Positions 14,501 through 21,244 of a DNA stretch of 64,000 nucleotides are shown piece after piece. Source of the stretch: Piromyces finnis finn (taxonomy: Eukaryota > Fungi > Neocallimastigomycota). Each line of letters starts with the position of its first letter. The first letter of the stretch is position 1. The translations under genes and the position numbers were made by a program. The stretch is taken from positions 310,001 to 374,000 of the forward strand of contig MCFH01000005.1 of the NCBI GenBank assembly GCA_002104945.1. Direction: 5' to 3'. The notes beneath the pieces are model-generated. The model saw only the letters and a program-made list of their open reading frames with translations, had not been told where the DNA came from and searched no databases.

Positions 14501-17420
14501 AGTAGATTATCTTTTTGAAAATATTATTGAAGAACCAAAAGAAGAAATTAAAAAAGAAATTGAAGAAGAAAAAACAAAATTAGAAAATATTATTCAACCT
14601 CTTGTTAAACTTCCTTTAGCAGTAGATTATCTTTTTGAAAATATTATTGAAGAACCAAAAGAAGAAATTAAAAAAGAAATTGAAGAAGAAAAAACAAAAT
14701 TAGAAAATATTATTCAACCTCTTATTAAACTTCCTTTAGCAGATTATCTTTTTGAACAAATTATTGAAGAACAATCATTTGAAGTTGAAATTACTAGGTC
14801 AATTTGTGATCAATCATTTAGTGATTTTGTAGATGCTAAAGATGGCTCAGAAAATAGTAAATTAATAGAATCAAAGATTTTATTAAATAATATTAGTTAT
14901 ATTAGTGAAAGTGGGTTTGTAGATGCTAATGATGGTTCAACTAATAATGAAATAGATATAGAAGAAGCTATTGAAAAAGTCATTGAGAAAGAGCAACGAG
15001 AATTAGCAAATATTATTCAACCTCTTATTAAACTTCCTTTAGCAGTAGATTATCTTTTTGAAAATATTATTGAAGAACCAAAAGAAGAAATTAAAAAAGA
15101 AATTGAAGAAGAAAAAACAAAATTAGAAAATATTATTCAACCTCTTGTTAAACTTCCTTTAGCAGTAGATTATTTTTTTGAAAATATTATTGAAGAACCA
15201 AAAGAAGAAATTAAAAAAGAAATTGAAGAAGAAAAAACAAAATTAGAAAATATTATTCAACCTCTTATTAAACTTCCTTTAGCAGTAGATTATCTTTTTG
15301 AAAATATTATTGAAGAACCAAAAGAAGAAATTAAAAAAGAAATTGAAGAAGAAAAAACAAAATTAGCAAATATTATTCAACCTCTTATTAAACTTCCTTT
15401 AGCAGTAGATTATCTTTTTGAACAAATTATTGAAGAACAATCATTTGAAGTTGAAATTACTAGGTCAATTTGTGATCAATCATTTAGTGATTTTGTAGAT
15501 GCTAAAGATGGCTCAGAAAATAGTAAATTAATAGAATCAAAGATTTTATTAAATGATATTAGTTATATTAGTGAAAGTGGGTTTGTAGATGCTAATGATG
15601 GTTCAACTAATAATGAAATAGATATAGAAGAAGCTATTGAAAAAGTCATTGAGAAAGAGCAACGAGAATTAGCAAATATTATTCAACCTCTTATTAAACT
15701 TCCTTTAGCAGTAGATTATCTTTTTGAAAATATTATTGAAGAACCAAAAGAAGAAATTAAAAAAGAAATTGAAGAAGAAAAAACAAAATTAGAAAATATT
15801 ATTCAACCTCTTGTTAAACTTCCTTTAGCAGTAGATTATCTTTTTGAAAATATTATTGAAGAACCAAAAGAAGAAATTAAAAAAGAAATTGAAGAAGAAA
15901 AAACAAAATTAGAAAATATTATTCAACCTCTTGTTAAACTTCCTTTAGCAGATTATCTTTTTGAACAAATTATTGAAGAACAATCATTTGAAGTTGAAAT
16001 TACTAGGTCAATTTGTGATCAATCATTTAGTGATTTTGTAGATGCTAAAGATGGCTCAGAAAATAGTAAATTAATAGAATCAAAGATTTTATTAAATGAT
16101 ATTAGTTATATTAGTGAAAGTGGGTTTGTAGATGCTAATGATGGTTCAACTAATAATGAAATAGATATAGAAGAAGCTATTGAAAAAGTCATTGAGAAAG
16201 AGCAACGAGAATTAGCAAATATTATTCAACCTCTTATTAAACTTCCTTTAGCAGTAGATTATCTTTTTGAAAATATTATTGAAGAACCAAAAGAAGAAAT
16301 TAAAAAAGAAATTGAAGAAGAAAAAACAAAATTAGAAAATATTATTCAACCTCTTATTAAACTTCCTTTAGCAGTAGATTATTTTTTTGAAAATATTATT
16401 GAAGAACCAAAAGAAGAAATTAAAAAAGAAATTGAAGAAGAAAAAACAAAATTAGAAAATATTATTCAACCTCTTGTTAAACTTCCTTTAGCAGATTATC
16501 TTTTTGAACAAATTATTGAAGAACAATCATTTGAAGTTGAAATTACTAGGTCAATTTGTGATCAATCATTTAGTGATTTTGTAGATGCTAAAGATGGCTC
16601 AGAAAATAGTAAATTAATAGAATCAAAGGTAGCAACTGATTATTTTTTCGAACAAACTATTGAAAAACCAAAAGAAGAGATTATTGAAAAACAATCAATT
16701 AAAGAAATAATTGAAGAAGTCATAGAAGAGCAAATAGATGAATCAATTGAAAATAGTGATCGAAGCATTTATGTAGATGCCCCAAATAGAGCAAATAATA
16801 ATGAAAATGACAAACTATACAATAATGATAACAATGAATCAATGAGCTTTATAAGTGAAAATAACTTTGTAGATGCTCCAGATGACACAGATAATATTGA
16901 AAATAATCGATTATTAAATTTAAATGACATTCCTTCAAGTATTATTAGCAATGAAACTAGTTATACTGATGCTCCCGATAGTATAAACAAAAATGATCAA
17001 TTTTTTGAGTCAAAATTAGATGATGTTTCAAATGTGGTTTTAAATGAACAAAATAATTTTAATGATATTTCTAATATTTCAATTAATAAAAGCTTATTAA
17101 GTGAAAATAGTGATTTTATTGATGCGTTTGATGTACAATCTAATATGAAACTATCTTTAAATATTGACACAAAGAATAACAAGTATGAAAATAATATAGA
17201 TAATCTAGCAAATAAATCAAATATAGATGCATTTGATATAACCTTAAATGAATTAATTAGCCCAATATATGGAGGAAATTCATTAATAGAAGTTGAGCAA
17301 ATATCTGAAGAAAGTTACTTTAATGATCAAGTCGGTTCTAATGAAGCTAAAAATAGTAAATTATTAGATGATAAAATCAAATCAGATTCTGAATTTAACA
17401 ATAATATTAGAGAAGAGTAA
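3..17420 (+). CDS. Giant coiled-coil repeat protein with two TM helices (5'-partial, >5800 aa)
   Basis: The frame is open from the window edge (tca tta aat gga at 3) to TAA at 17418-17420 with no stops. Heptad-rich E/K/N/I repeats dominate 1-9600. Hydrophobic stretches YLTYLLGYTSTVASVILGLVY (~13377-13439) and LTAALLGSVAILILLNMIVI (~13545-13604). The ATG at 156 is internal to a repeat unit, so the true start lies upstream of the window. Confidence 0.9.
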   Translation, partial: SLNGQVEDAKNKISELEKQIADNEVKANEENESKQNEINKLIKKITIIERIMESEREKNNELENQLNENIEKSIIIENDKQEEIDSLNRDINEKNDAIDSLNRDINEKNDTIDSLNRDINEKNDAIDSLNGQVEDAKNKISELEKQIADNEVKANEENESKQNEINKLIKKITIIERIMESEREKNNELENQLNENIEKSIIIENDKQKEIDSLNRDINEKNDAIDSLNRDINEKNDTIDSLNRDINKKNDAIDSLNRDINEKNDAIDSLNGQVEDSKNKISELEKQIADNEVKANEENESKQNEINKLIKKITIIERIMESEREKNNELENQLNENIEKSIIIENDKQEEIDSLNRDINEKNDAIDSLNRDINEKNDAIDSLNRDINEKNDAIDSLNGQVEDAKNKISELEKQIADNEVKANEENESKQNEINKLIKKITIIERIMESEREKNNELENQLNENIEKSIIIENDKQKEIDSLNRDINEKNDAIDSLNRDINEKNDAIDSLNRDINEKNDAIDSLNGQVEDAKNKISELEKQIADNEVKANEENESKQNEINKLIKKITIIERIMESEREKNNELENQLNENIEKSIIIENDKQKEIDSLNRDINEKNDAIDSLNRDINEKNDAIDSLNGQVEDAKNKISELEKQIADNEVKANEENESKQNEINKLIKKITIIERIMESEREKNNELENQLNENIEKSIIIENDKQEEIDSLNRDINEKNDAIDSLNRDINEKNDAIDSLNRDINEKNDAIDSLNGQVEDAKNKISELEKQIADNEVKANEENESKQNEINKLIKKITIIERIMESEREKNNELENQLNENIEKSIIIENDKQEEIDSLNRDINEKNDAIDSLNRDINEKNDAIDSLNRDINEKNDAIDSLNRDINEKNDTIDSLNRDINKKNDAIDSLNRDINEKNDAIDSLNGQVEDSKNKISELEKQIADNEVKANEENESKQNEINKLIKKITIIERIMESEREKNNELENQLNENIEKSIIIENDKQEEIDSLNRDINEKNDAIDSLNGQVEDAKNKISELEKQIADNEVKANEENESKQNEINKLIKKITIIERIMESEREKNNELENQLNENIEKSIIIENDKQEEIDSLNRDINEKNDAIDSLNRDINEKNDAIDSLNRDINEKNDAIDSLNGQVEDAKNKISELEKQIADNEVKANEENESKQNEINKLIKKITIIERIMESEREKNNELENQLNENIEKSIIIENDKQEEIDSLNRDINEKNDAIDSLNGQVEDAKNKISELEKQIADNEVKANEENESKQNEINKLIKKITIIERIMESEREKNNELENQLNENIEKSIIIENDKQKEIDSLNREINEKNDAIDSLNRDINEKNDAIDSLNGQVEDAKNKISELEKQIADNEVKANEENESKQNEINKLIKKITIIERIMESEREKNNELENQLNENIEKSIIIENDKQEEIDSLNRDINEKNDAIDSLNGQVEDAKNKISELEKQIADNEVKANEENESKQNEINKLIKKITIIERIMESEREKNNELENQLNENIEKSIIIENDKQEEIDSLNRDINEKNDAIDSLNRDINEKNDAIDSLNRDINEKNDAIDSLNGQVEDAKNKISELEKQIADNEVKANEENESKQNEINKLIKKITIIERIMESEREKNNELENQLNENIEKSIIIENDKQEEIDSLNRDINEKNDAIDSLNGQVEDAKNKISELEKQIADNEVKANEENESKQNEINKLIKKITIIERIMESEREKNNELENQLNENIEKSIIIENDKQKEIDSLNREINEKNDAIDSLNRDINEKNDAIDSLNGQVEDAKNKISELEKQIADNEVKANEENESKQNEINKLIKKITIIERIMESEREKNNELENQLNENIEKSIIIENDKQEEIDSLNRDINEKNDAIDSLNRDINEKNDAIDSLNRDINEKNDAIDSLNGQVEDAKNKISELEKQIADNEVKANEENESKQNEINKLIKKITIIERIMESEREKNNELENQLNENIEKSIIIENDKQEEIDSLNRDINEKNDAIDSLNRDINEKNDAIDSLNRDNNEKNDAIDSLNRDINEKNDTIDSLNRDINKKNDAIDSLNRDINEKNDAIDSLNGQVEDSKNKISELEKQIADNEVKANEENESKQNEINKLIKKITIIERIMESEREKNNELENQLNENIEKSIIIENDKQEEINSLNRDINEKNDAIDSLNGQVEDAKNKISELEKQIADNEVKANEENESKQNEINKLIKKITIIERIMESEREKNNELENQLNENIEKSIIIENDKQEEIDSLNRDINEKNDAIDSLNRDINEKNDAIDSLNRDINEKNDAIDSLNGQVEDAKNKISELEKQIADNEVKANEENESKQNEINKLIKKITIIERIMESEREKNNELGNQLNENIERSIIIDNENQNKINELKENIELLDGKIEEMNNKEKIYENIHNESMNKILILQNKISENDIKYREIITKKQNEINNLIKKIKIIKKIIEKAKENLEKSKIIEKENNEKIGLLTRNINNKQNEINLLNVIIKNYENKISEIEKQLSKNEIKYKEENESKQNEFNKLIKKITIIERIMESEREKNNELENQLNENIEKSIIIENDKQEEIDSLNRDINEKNDAIDSLNRDINEKNDAIDSLNGQVEDAKNKISELEKQIADNEVKANEENESKQNEINKLIKKITIIERIMESEREKNNELENQLNENIEKSIIIENDKQEEIDSLNRDINEKNDTIDSLNRDINEKNDAIDSLNRDINEKNDAIDSLNGQVEDAKNKISELEKQIADNEVKANEENESKQNEINKLIKKITIIERIMESEREKNNDLENQLNENIEKSILIENDQKYEINELKVNIDLLNNEIANADNKLKIYEEINNKSMNKILILQNKINDNDKKYKEIINKKQNEINDLLRKINIIKRVIEKAKENLEKSKVIEKDNKIKIDALSRNIDSLNKQIWDVNSKAQNRENKLKESMNQISVLQKQLLDNENKYKKTVGNKQNEINDLLRKITIIKKIMENAKENIIKLQKQNVYNENKFKEVEITKQNEINTLLKKINIIKKIMKSEREKSNELENKLNENLEMSRIIEKGKQSEIEALNYDIENNKNKIIYLEKQLSESEKRENENNNAKQEEIDNLLKKISIIEKIIEDEREKSNNLEEQLVNSIEKSRIIENNKQDEIDALNRNVDDLNNQIDNAKNKILDLESQLAESKAGANKSNNNIKQDQNVKEIVPEKKHKRKIKKIVKTITTVKKNNNKSLNEGVLVLDESKIIEDVSDNVSHIEYSLESDDVGKEVQCVSEPEKEIVIKEENDNKDKVEYLMKKIIEIENIAKQEKERADSLEKKLNEKENEKAMIINPEKKRKRKIKKIIKSIKTVKKNGNKSGILDELSFSDKSDINENIDEIKNSIFTKSEPNGEENGEDIVPVQVNIIEENKDNSLNNNTKSIVPVIISQIENNEKVIDKQKEIEKLTSQLEKEKERADSLEKLLIETKQNNQIPDKKRKRKIKKIVKTVTTVNKNVNNPFEENILNKTGIEETAFYGESNMEEALTSNDIENVTVLKNKEIIRNLKTEKEENPWKNLIPHILKLIVAQAKKIDKLDEPKIPKNSFNHLLNISADDDMNIDNKDNIQDVYLIKFEKKQKEKSKNLLNIPDGIINNNNDIHYSYLPKENSGREEINKESSNQTDDSKNSLCQKEQRKESIIESIAINNQSSNNEYDKQDSEDESTEVPKKSFEELEQSILCEPSMVFDPSMMAPDVSIIIPNESSMISEDIIEMPSHNIVSNISELPQGNSTQNEKSTFSLENESQIIMKSLPITNKQNDIKGDMKTNKKKKIKKIITTKKTITTKNRKPGQNEFIVINRSTEIPEQKSLIISRKFSPITTQDVEVIVNPETGKKTYFKKTIVTKTIKTDVTKKNNESKIKNENINSKENKENDIPLFDNCKYRNLISSVIKNVNQNKEIDDDIISEPKNEIQEKEENNDILITEPTIIHQIPRSVEEDEVLISTFNQINNTENKELKSESIQFIVPKDTIKNKNNYEKGSENINKLNKKIIELELDFKNVKNENEELKKELEQYKNALKRNSKGKSEEKIAKLNDDISRLKKGINIMNELNKNLETGNINDMKSINIQLTKQKEKVLQLQNIDTDNITSDNLYRINNRINNLKNVLGQIKNNNPINNKEISEKLTTIAINDKECSKIKELEDKLKEKTKLLEENQNQKKIKNFVEKSNNVITKQELDSFSEIQNRDKNAISKFINNEPCSKDIDDDKRNIKLDENKRLINQLKIMKNAIDNSKKEKINISKENKSLHNKIEELNDIIKDNLEKIKNSEFVISQLNSDNNKLNEKIKAATLACETFKDLYNKQIYKHENDIKTKEIIKDLNKDQKDRYRCIPFIENKRRRMELTKRLKQENGINIVPHKELITIKSKKVKSVRDKIDREIKKEIDLLPEIKPIKFNTYLTYLLGYTSTVASVILGLVYTREYMNARRFIDKNKRYYIRKKKEIPTPGQLISNKLTAALLGSVAILILLNMIVIRGKKVNEIIEDNEKDNNNEYDKNDNKDKEKEKSITNLTASVDFESKSTSITNEYQYNRKDHEQYDQLSRDIKEENSFIIKLFDKNEHSYDFNKSISIIKSNEDVNDSLNQYSLFDQIETKNLLDQIENEENIIGKVIKSQNQIHKQSSLVNINNKEDQKPESLIISSKSNSKNNKLSVNINSSINEYNSTVKIKECLIEGSPKNDTLPKIKINIEDVSLFDQSFGDFVDAKDGSENSKLKEPKASLNDISYISESGFVDANDGSTNNEIDIEEAIEKVIEKEQRELANIIQPLIKLPLAVDYLFENIIEEPKEEIKKEIEEEKTKLENIIQPLVKLPLAVDYLFENIIEEPKEEIKKEIEEEKTKLENIIQPLIKLPLADYLFEQIIEEQSFEVEITRSICDQSFSDFVDAKDGSENSKLIESKILLNNISYISESGFVDANDGSTNNEIDIEEAIEKVIEKEQRELANIIQPLIKLPLAVDYLFENIIEEPKEEIKKEIEEEKTKLENIIQPLVKLPLAVDYFFENIIEEPKEEIKKEIEEEKTKLENIIQPLIKLPLAVDYLFENIIEEPKEEIKKEIEEEKTKLANIIQPLIKLPLAVDYLFEQIIEEQSFEVEITRSICDQSFSDFVDAKDGSENSKLIESKILLNDISYISESGFVDANDGSTNNEIDIEEAIEKVIEKEQRELANIIQPLIKLPLAVDYLFENIIEEPKEEIKKEIEEEKTKLENIIQPLVKLPLAVDYLFENIIEEPKEEIKKEIEEEKTKLENIIQPLVKLPLADYLFEQIIEEQSFEVEITRSICDQSFSDFVDAKDGSENSKLIESKILLNDISYISESGFVDANDGSTNNEIDIEEAIEKVIEKEQRELANIIQPLIKLPLAVDYLFENIIEEPKEEIKKEIEEEKTKLENIIQPLIKLPLAVDYFFENIIEEPKEEIKKEIEEEKTKLENIIQPLVKLPLADYLFEQIIEEQSFEVEITRSICDQSFSDFVDAKDGSENSKLIESKVATDYFFEQTIEKPKEEIIEKQSIKEIIEEVIEEQIDESIENSDRSIYVDAPNRANNNENDKLYNNDNNESMSFISENNFVDAPDDTDNIENNRLLNLNDIPSSIISNETSYTDAPDSINKNDQFFESKLDDVSNVVLNEQNNFNDISNISINKSLLSENSDFIDAFDVQSNMKLSLNIDTKNNKYENNIDNLANKSNIDAFDITLNELISPIYGGNSLIEVEQISEESYFNDQVGSNEAKNSKLLDDKIKSDSEFNNNIREE
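14265..16630 (+). repeat. Second coding nested array: 543/666-bp super-repeat containing ~120-bp sub-repeats
   Basis: DQSF(G/S)DFVDAKDG starts at 14265, 14808, 15474, 16017, 16560. The 40-aa sub-unit IIQPL(I/V)KLPLAVDYLFENIIEEPKEEIKKEIEEEKTKLEN recurs within each copy. Confidence 0.95.
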
Positions 17421-17520
17421 AATAATAGAGAACATAAATTTAAAATATATTCCATTTATAATTAAATTAAATAAGCTTTTATTAACAACAACAAAATATA
17501 TATATATATGTTTATTTATT

Positions 17521-17772
17521 TATTTATATGTAACTTTATATTTTTTTATAATAACATAAAAAACTTTTATTAACAACAACAACAACAACAACAAAAAAAA
17601 AAAAAAAAAAAAAAAAAAATTATTTATATTGTAACTTTATATTTTTTTATAATAACATAAAAAACTTTTATTAACAACAACAACAACAACAACAAAAAAA
17701 AAAAAAAAAAAAAAAAAAATTATTTATATTGTAACTTTATTTTTTTTTATAATAACATAAAAAAAAAAAAAA
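17521..17772. repeat. ~100-bp tandem repeat (~2.4 copies) with (AAC)n and poly-A
   Basis: gtaactttat at 17530, 17631 and 17731. The first two copies continue into (aac)n and an A-run; the third is truncated. Confidence 0.9.
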
Positions 17773-18025
17773 CACTATCAAATAATCAATATTTTAATTT
17801 TATTTTAACAATCAAAATAAATATTTTAATATTAAATAAAATTATTTATAATAAAATTTTTAATAATTAATATCTAATGTTTATAAAGTTAAGTGTATAA
17901 ATTTATTGTATATTAGCAAATTCATCATGATTTAGAAAACCACATTTTGTGGACAGAAATTCTTATGTTGGTAAATCACCTTTTAATTTAATTATCAGAA
18001 TTGTTTTTATGTTCCAATGTTTTCG

Positions 18026-18061
<36 letters not shown>

Positions 18062-18483
18062 GACATGATAGGGATATAATATATATTATTATTAAAATTG
18101 TAATTCACATATTTAAAATATTTAAAATAGATTTTACAAAATATATTTGACATTATATATCTTATTAAGATACCATTATGAAAAGATGAAAAGACTACAG
18201 TTTACTATATGAATTAAATAAATGTGTATAATATATTCTACTCATTTTAAAAGTATAAAGGTCATCGTTGAGACCAAAAAAATCTAAAAATCTAAAAATC
18301 TAACAAGGGCACCATCCACCATCAACAAGACATCTACCATTATGTTTATAAAATGATACCAGATTTTGTCATTTGAAAAAAAAAGTAATTATTATTATAT
18401 TTAACAATAATAAACAAGTTCTTTTATATTTTTATATTTTTATCATTTTTATTATTAATGTTTTTACTTTTTTTCTTTTTTTT

Positions 18484-18659
18484 TTTAAATTTTTTTCTCT
18501 TATATTTAATATTATTTTAATTTTATTTTTTTTGTTATGACTTTAAATTTTTTTCTCTTATATTTAATATTATTTTAATTTTATTTTTTTTGTTATGACT
18601 TTAAATTTTTTTCTCTTATATTTAATATTATTTTAATTTTATTTTTTTTGTTATGACTA
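18484..18659. repeat. ~59-bp tandem repeat x3
   Basis: tttaaattttttctcttatatttaatattattttaattttatttttttgttatgac occurs three times, downstream of the GDI stop codon. Confidence 0.9.
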
Positions 18660-18969
18660 TTATTCGATTTACTTTTAAATTAATATAAAAACAAATAATA
18701 GTGACTTCATATATTCAATGCTAATTTCTTTATAGGTTATTTTATATAAATAGTTTTTATAAATCCATAATGAAGAAAAAATATTGAATACCCTTAATAT
18801 TATTTTTGCTTGTTTTAAGCTTTTTTTGGTATAAGTATGAAATGAAATTTTTTGAAGAAATAAGAAATAAATTCTAACTTTTTTCTTTTCTTTTCTATTT
18901 CTATTTCTATTTCTTAAAATAAAAAAAAAAAATTGAATAATTTATAATTTAAATTTAATTTATTATAAT

Positions 18970-21244
18970 TTATTCTTCGTCTTCTTCAAGAATATCTTTA
19001 CGTAACTTTCCTTCTAAAGATAAAGTCTTTCCAGTAATACGATTGTAAAGATTCTTTACATCATCACTAACAGTTTCAAAGTGACTAGTAGCATCGTATG
19101 ATTTTGAAATGAAAACATGATCAGTAGTACCATCAGCTAATGGTTCATATAAATCAGAAATTTCAATGAATTTTCCTTCATAATCACCTAATAACTTTAC
19201 AGCTTCAGCGATTTCTTCTTCTGGATTATCAGTTTCAATAATAGTACTAACCATAGCAATATAATGTTCTGGAGCAGCAACCTTGTGAGCATTAGAGACA
19301 CAAGTAACGTAGATATCTATTTAAATTATTATTTTTTATTTTAATGTTTAAATAATTAGTATAATTTTTTTAATAATTTCTTAATATATTATAATATATT
19401 TATATTTTATTATGTGAATATCTAATATAATTATTACCATGTTGACGATTAAGTTGTTTTTGTGGAATAATAATTTGAGCAGAATCAGCATTATTAGTAT
19501 CAGCGAGTGGATGGTTTAATAAGTAAATTGCACGAATAGCTTGACCTTTCTTTTGAACTTTATTCTTAAAGTAGCTTGGGTCACCAATAACAGTACTAGC
19601 CTTAGTAACCTATTATATATAAAAATATGTTATAATTAATATATATTATTTCATATTTTATAAACTATTAAATTTAATTATCAATAATTTACTATTGATT
19701 TTATTAAAATTAATATTAAAAAATACCTTTCCATCAATTTTAACACCAGAAGCAACACCATTTTCATAAACAACTTCTTCGACATTAGCGTTAAGCATGT
19801 ATGTACCACCGTAAATAGCACTTAATCTTTATTAAAAAAATATTAAAAATAATGATTAATTAAAAAAAATAAATATAACTTAAAAATATTAAATATATTT
19901 ACCTAGCAAAACCTTGAGAGAGTTCACCTAAACCATATAATGGATAAATGAATGGACTCTTACCATAACGTGTGACGGAATTCATGTATAAAACAATTTT
20001 TTGGAAAGTTTCCTTGAATGGTTTATCAAGGTAAGTATCATCATTATAAAGAGCTAATGCATGTCCACATAAATCACAAGTACTATTTTCTAAGTTAAAC
20101 TTCTTGTAAATATCCTTCATTGGAACCTTTTCCCAGTCTAAACCTATAATATTTTTAGTAAATTTTTATTCATTATTTATATATTAGCATCATTCATATT
20201 TAAAAAAAAATAATTCATATTATTTTACAAACCATCAGTGGTGGATGGGTCATCAATGTTGTATTTTTGGATAAATTCAAATAACTTTCTTAAATTATTC
20301 TTTTCAGAAAGACTGAAAATAGAAGTAGTTAAAGCTTCTTTTTCAGTAGCTGGGACTTTGACAATCTTACCATCTTGATAGACGAAAGAACCTTCAATTT
20401 GCTTGAACTTTAAGTACCTTTTAATGATTATTACAGAATTTTTTTATTATTACTAATATTATATTTTGTTTTGAAAAATATAAATTTCATAATATAATTT
20501 TATATAGCAGATAATCTATTTACTTAGTAACATCAGTGTAAACAAGAATTTGAACAAAATCACCAGCAGACATAGAGAATTTTGGGACAAGATCAATATT
20601 GTAATCTCTTGGACGACCAAAGCTTTCACTTGGAGCATCAGTTTTACCAAACTTTTCATAAAGCTATTTTATTTTTTAATTATTTTAAATAATTTTATAA
20701 TTAATAAATATTCTTAAATTGTGAAATTTTGTTAATAATGAAGTTTACTTGAGCTAAGTTTAATGAAGCACATTCACCACCATAAAATTCGTTGTTGTCA
20801 AGATGTAAAACCTTTTTACCTTCAACAGATAATAAACCGGAAATAATACATTCAGTTAAACCAGTACCGAGAACAATAACATCATATGATTCTTCCTATA
20901 ATTATAGTGATGTTTATTTAAATATTATTTATTAATTTAGATATCTTATTCAAAAATATGTTTTTGTTTTCTCTATTATTTAAATACAATTTATGTTTCA
21001 TTGTTTATTTACGAAATTTTATTATTCCATTCAACTGTAAATTTTTATTGTCTTTGTTTATTTTAAAAATTTACATTTAAAATATTATAAAAGATAATTG
21101 CGAAAAATAATCTTTTTTACTTTATGTAAATACTACTTGTATTGAAATAACTATATATATATATATTTTTATTATTATTATCTCTATTTTTTATTTATTT
21201 TTATCTAATAATACAATTCAGAAAATAAATATCGATCTTACCAT
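18970..21244 (-). CDS. GDI1: Rab GDP-dissociation inhibitor (444 aa, 8 exons)
   Basis: Exons 21242-21244 (ATG only), 20749-20895, 20524-20663, 20233-20417, 19903-20143, 19727-19826, 19438-19609, 18970-19316. All introns are GT-AG and phases are consistent, totalling 1335 nt. Motifs [84 protein letters not shown]. Confidence 0.98.

Noticed and set aside
7322-17182. Many minus-strand ORFs rich in F/L/S/I
   Set aside because: They are antisense shadows of the K/E/N-rich giant CDS and carry no independent motifs.
18027-18060. T34 run as a possible second retro-insertion tail
   Set aside because: No matching TSD or element body was found downstream.
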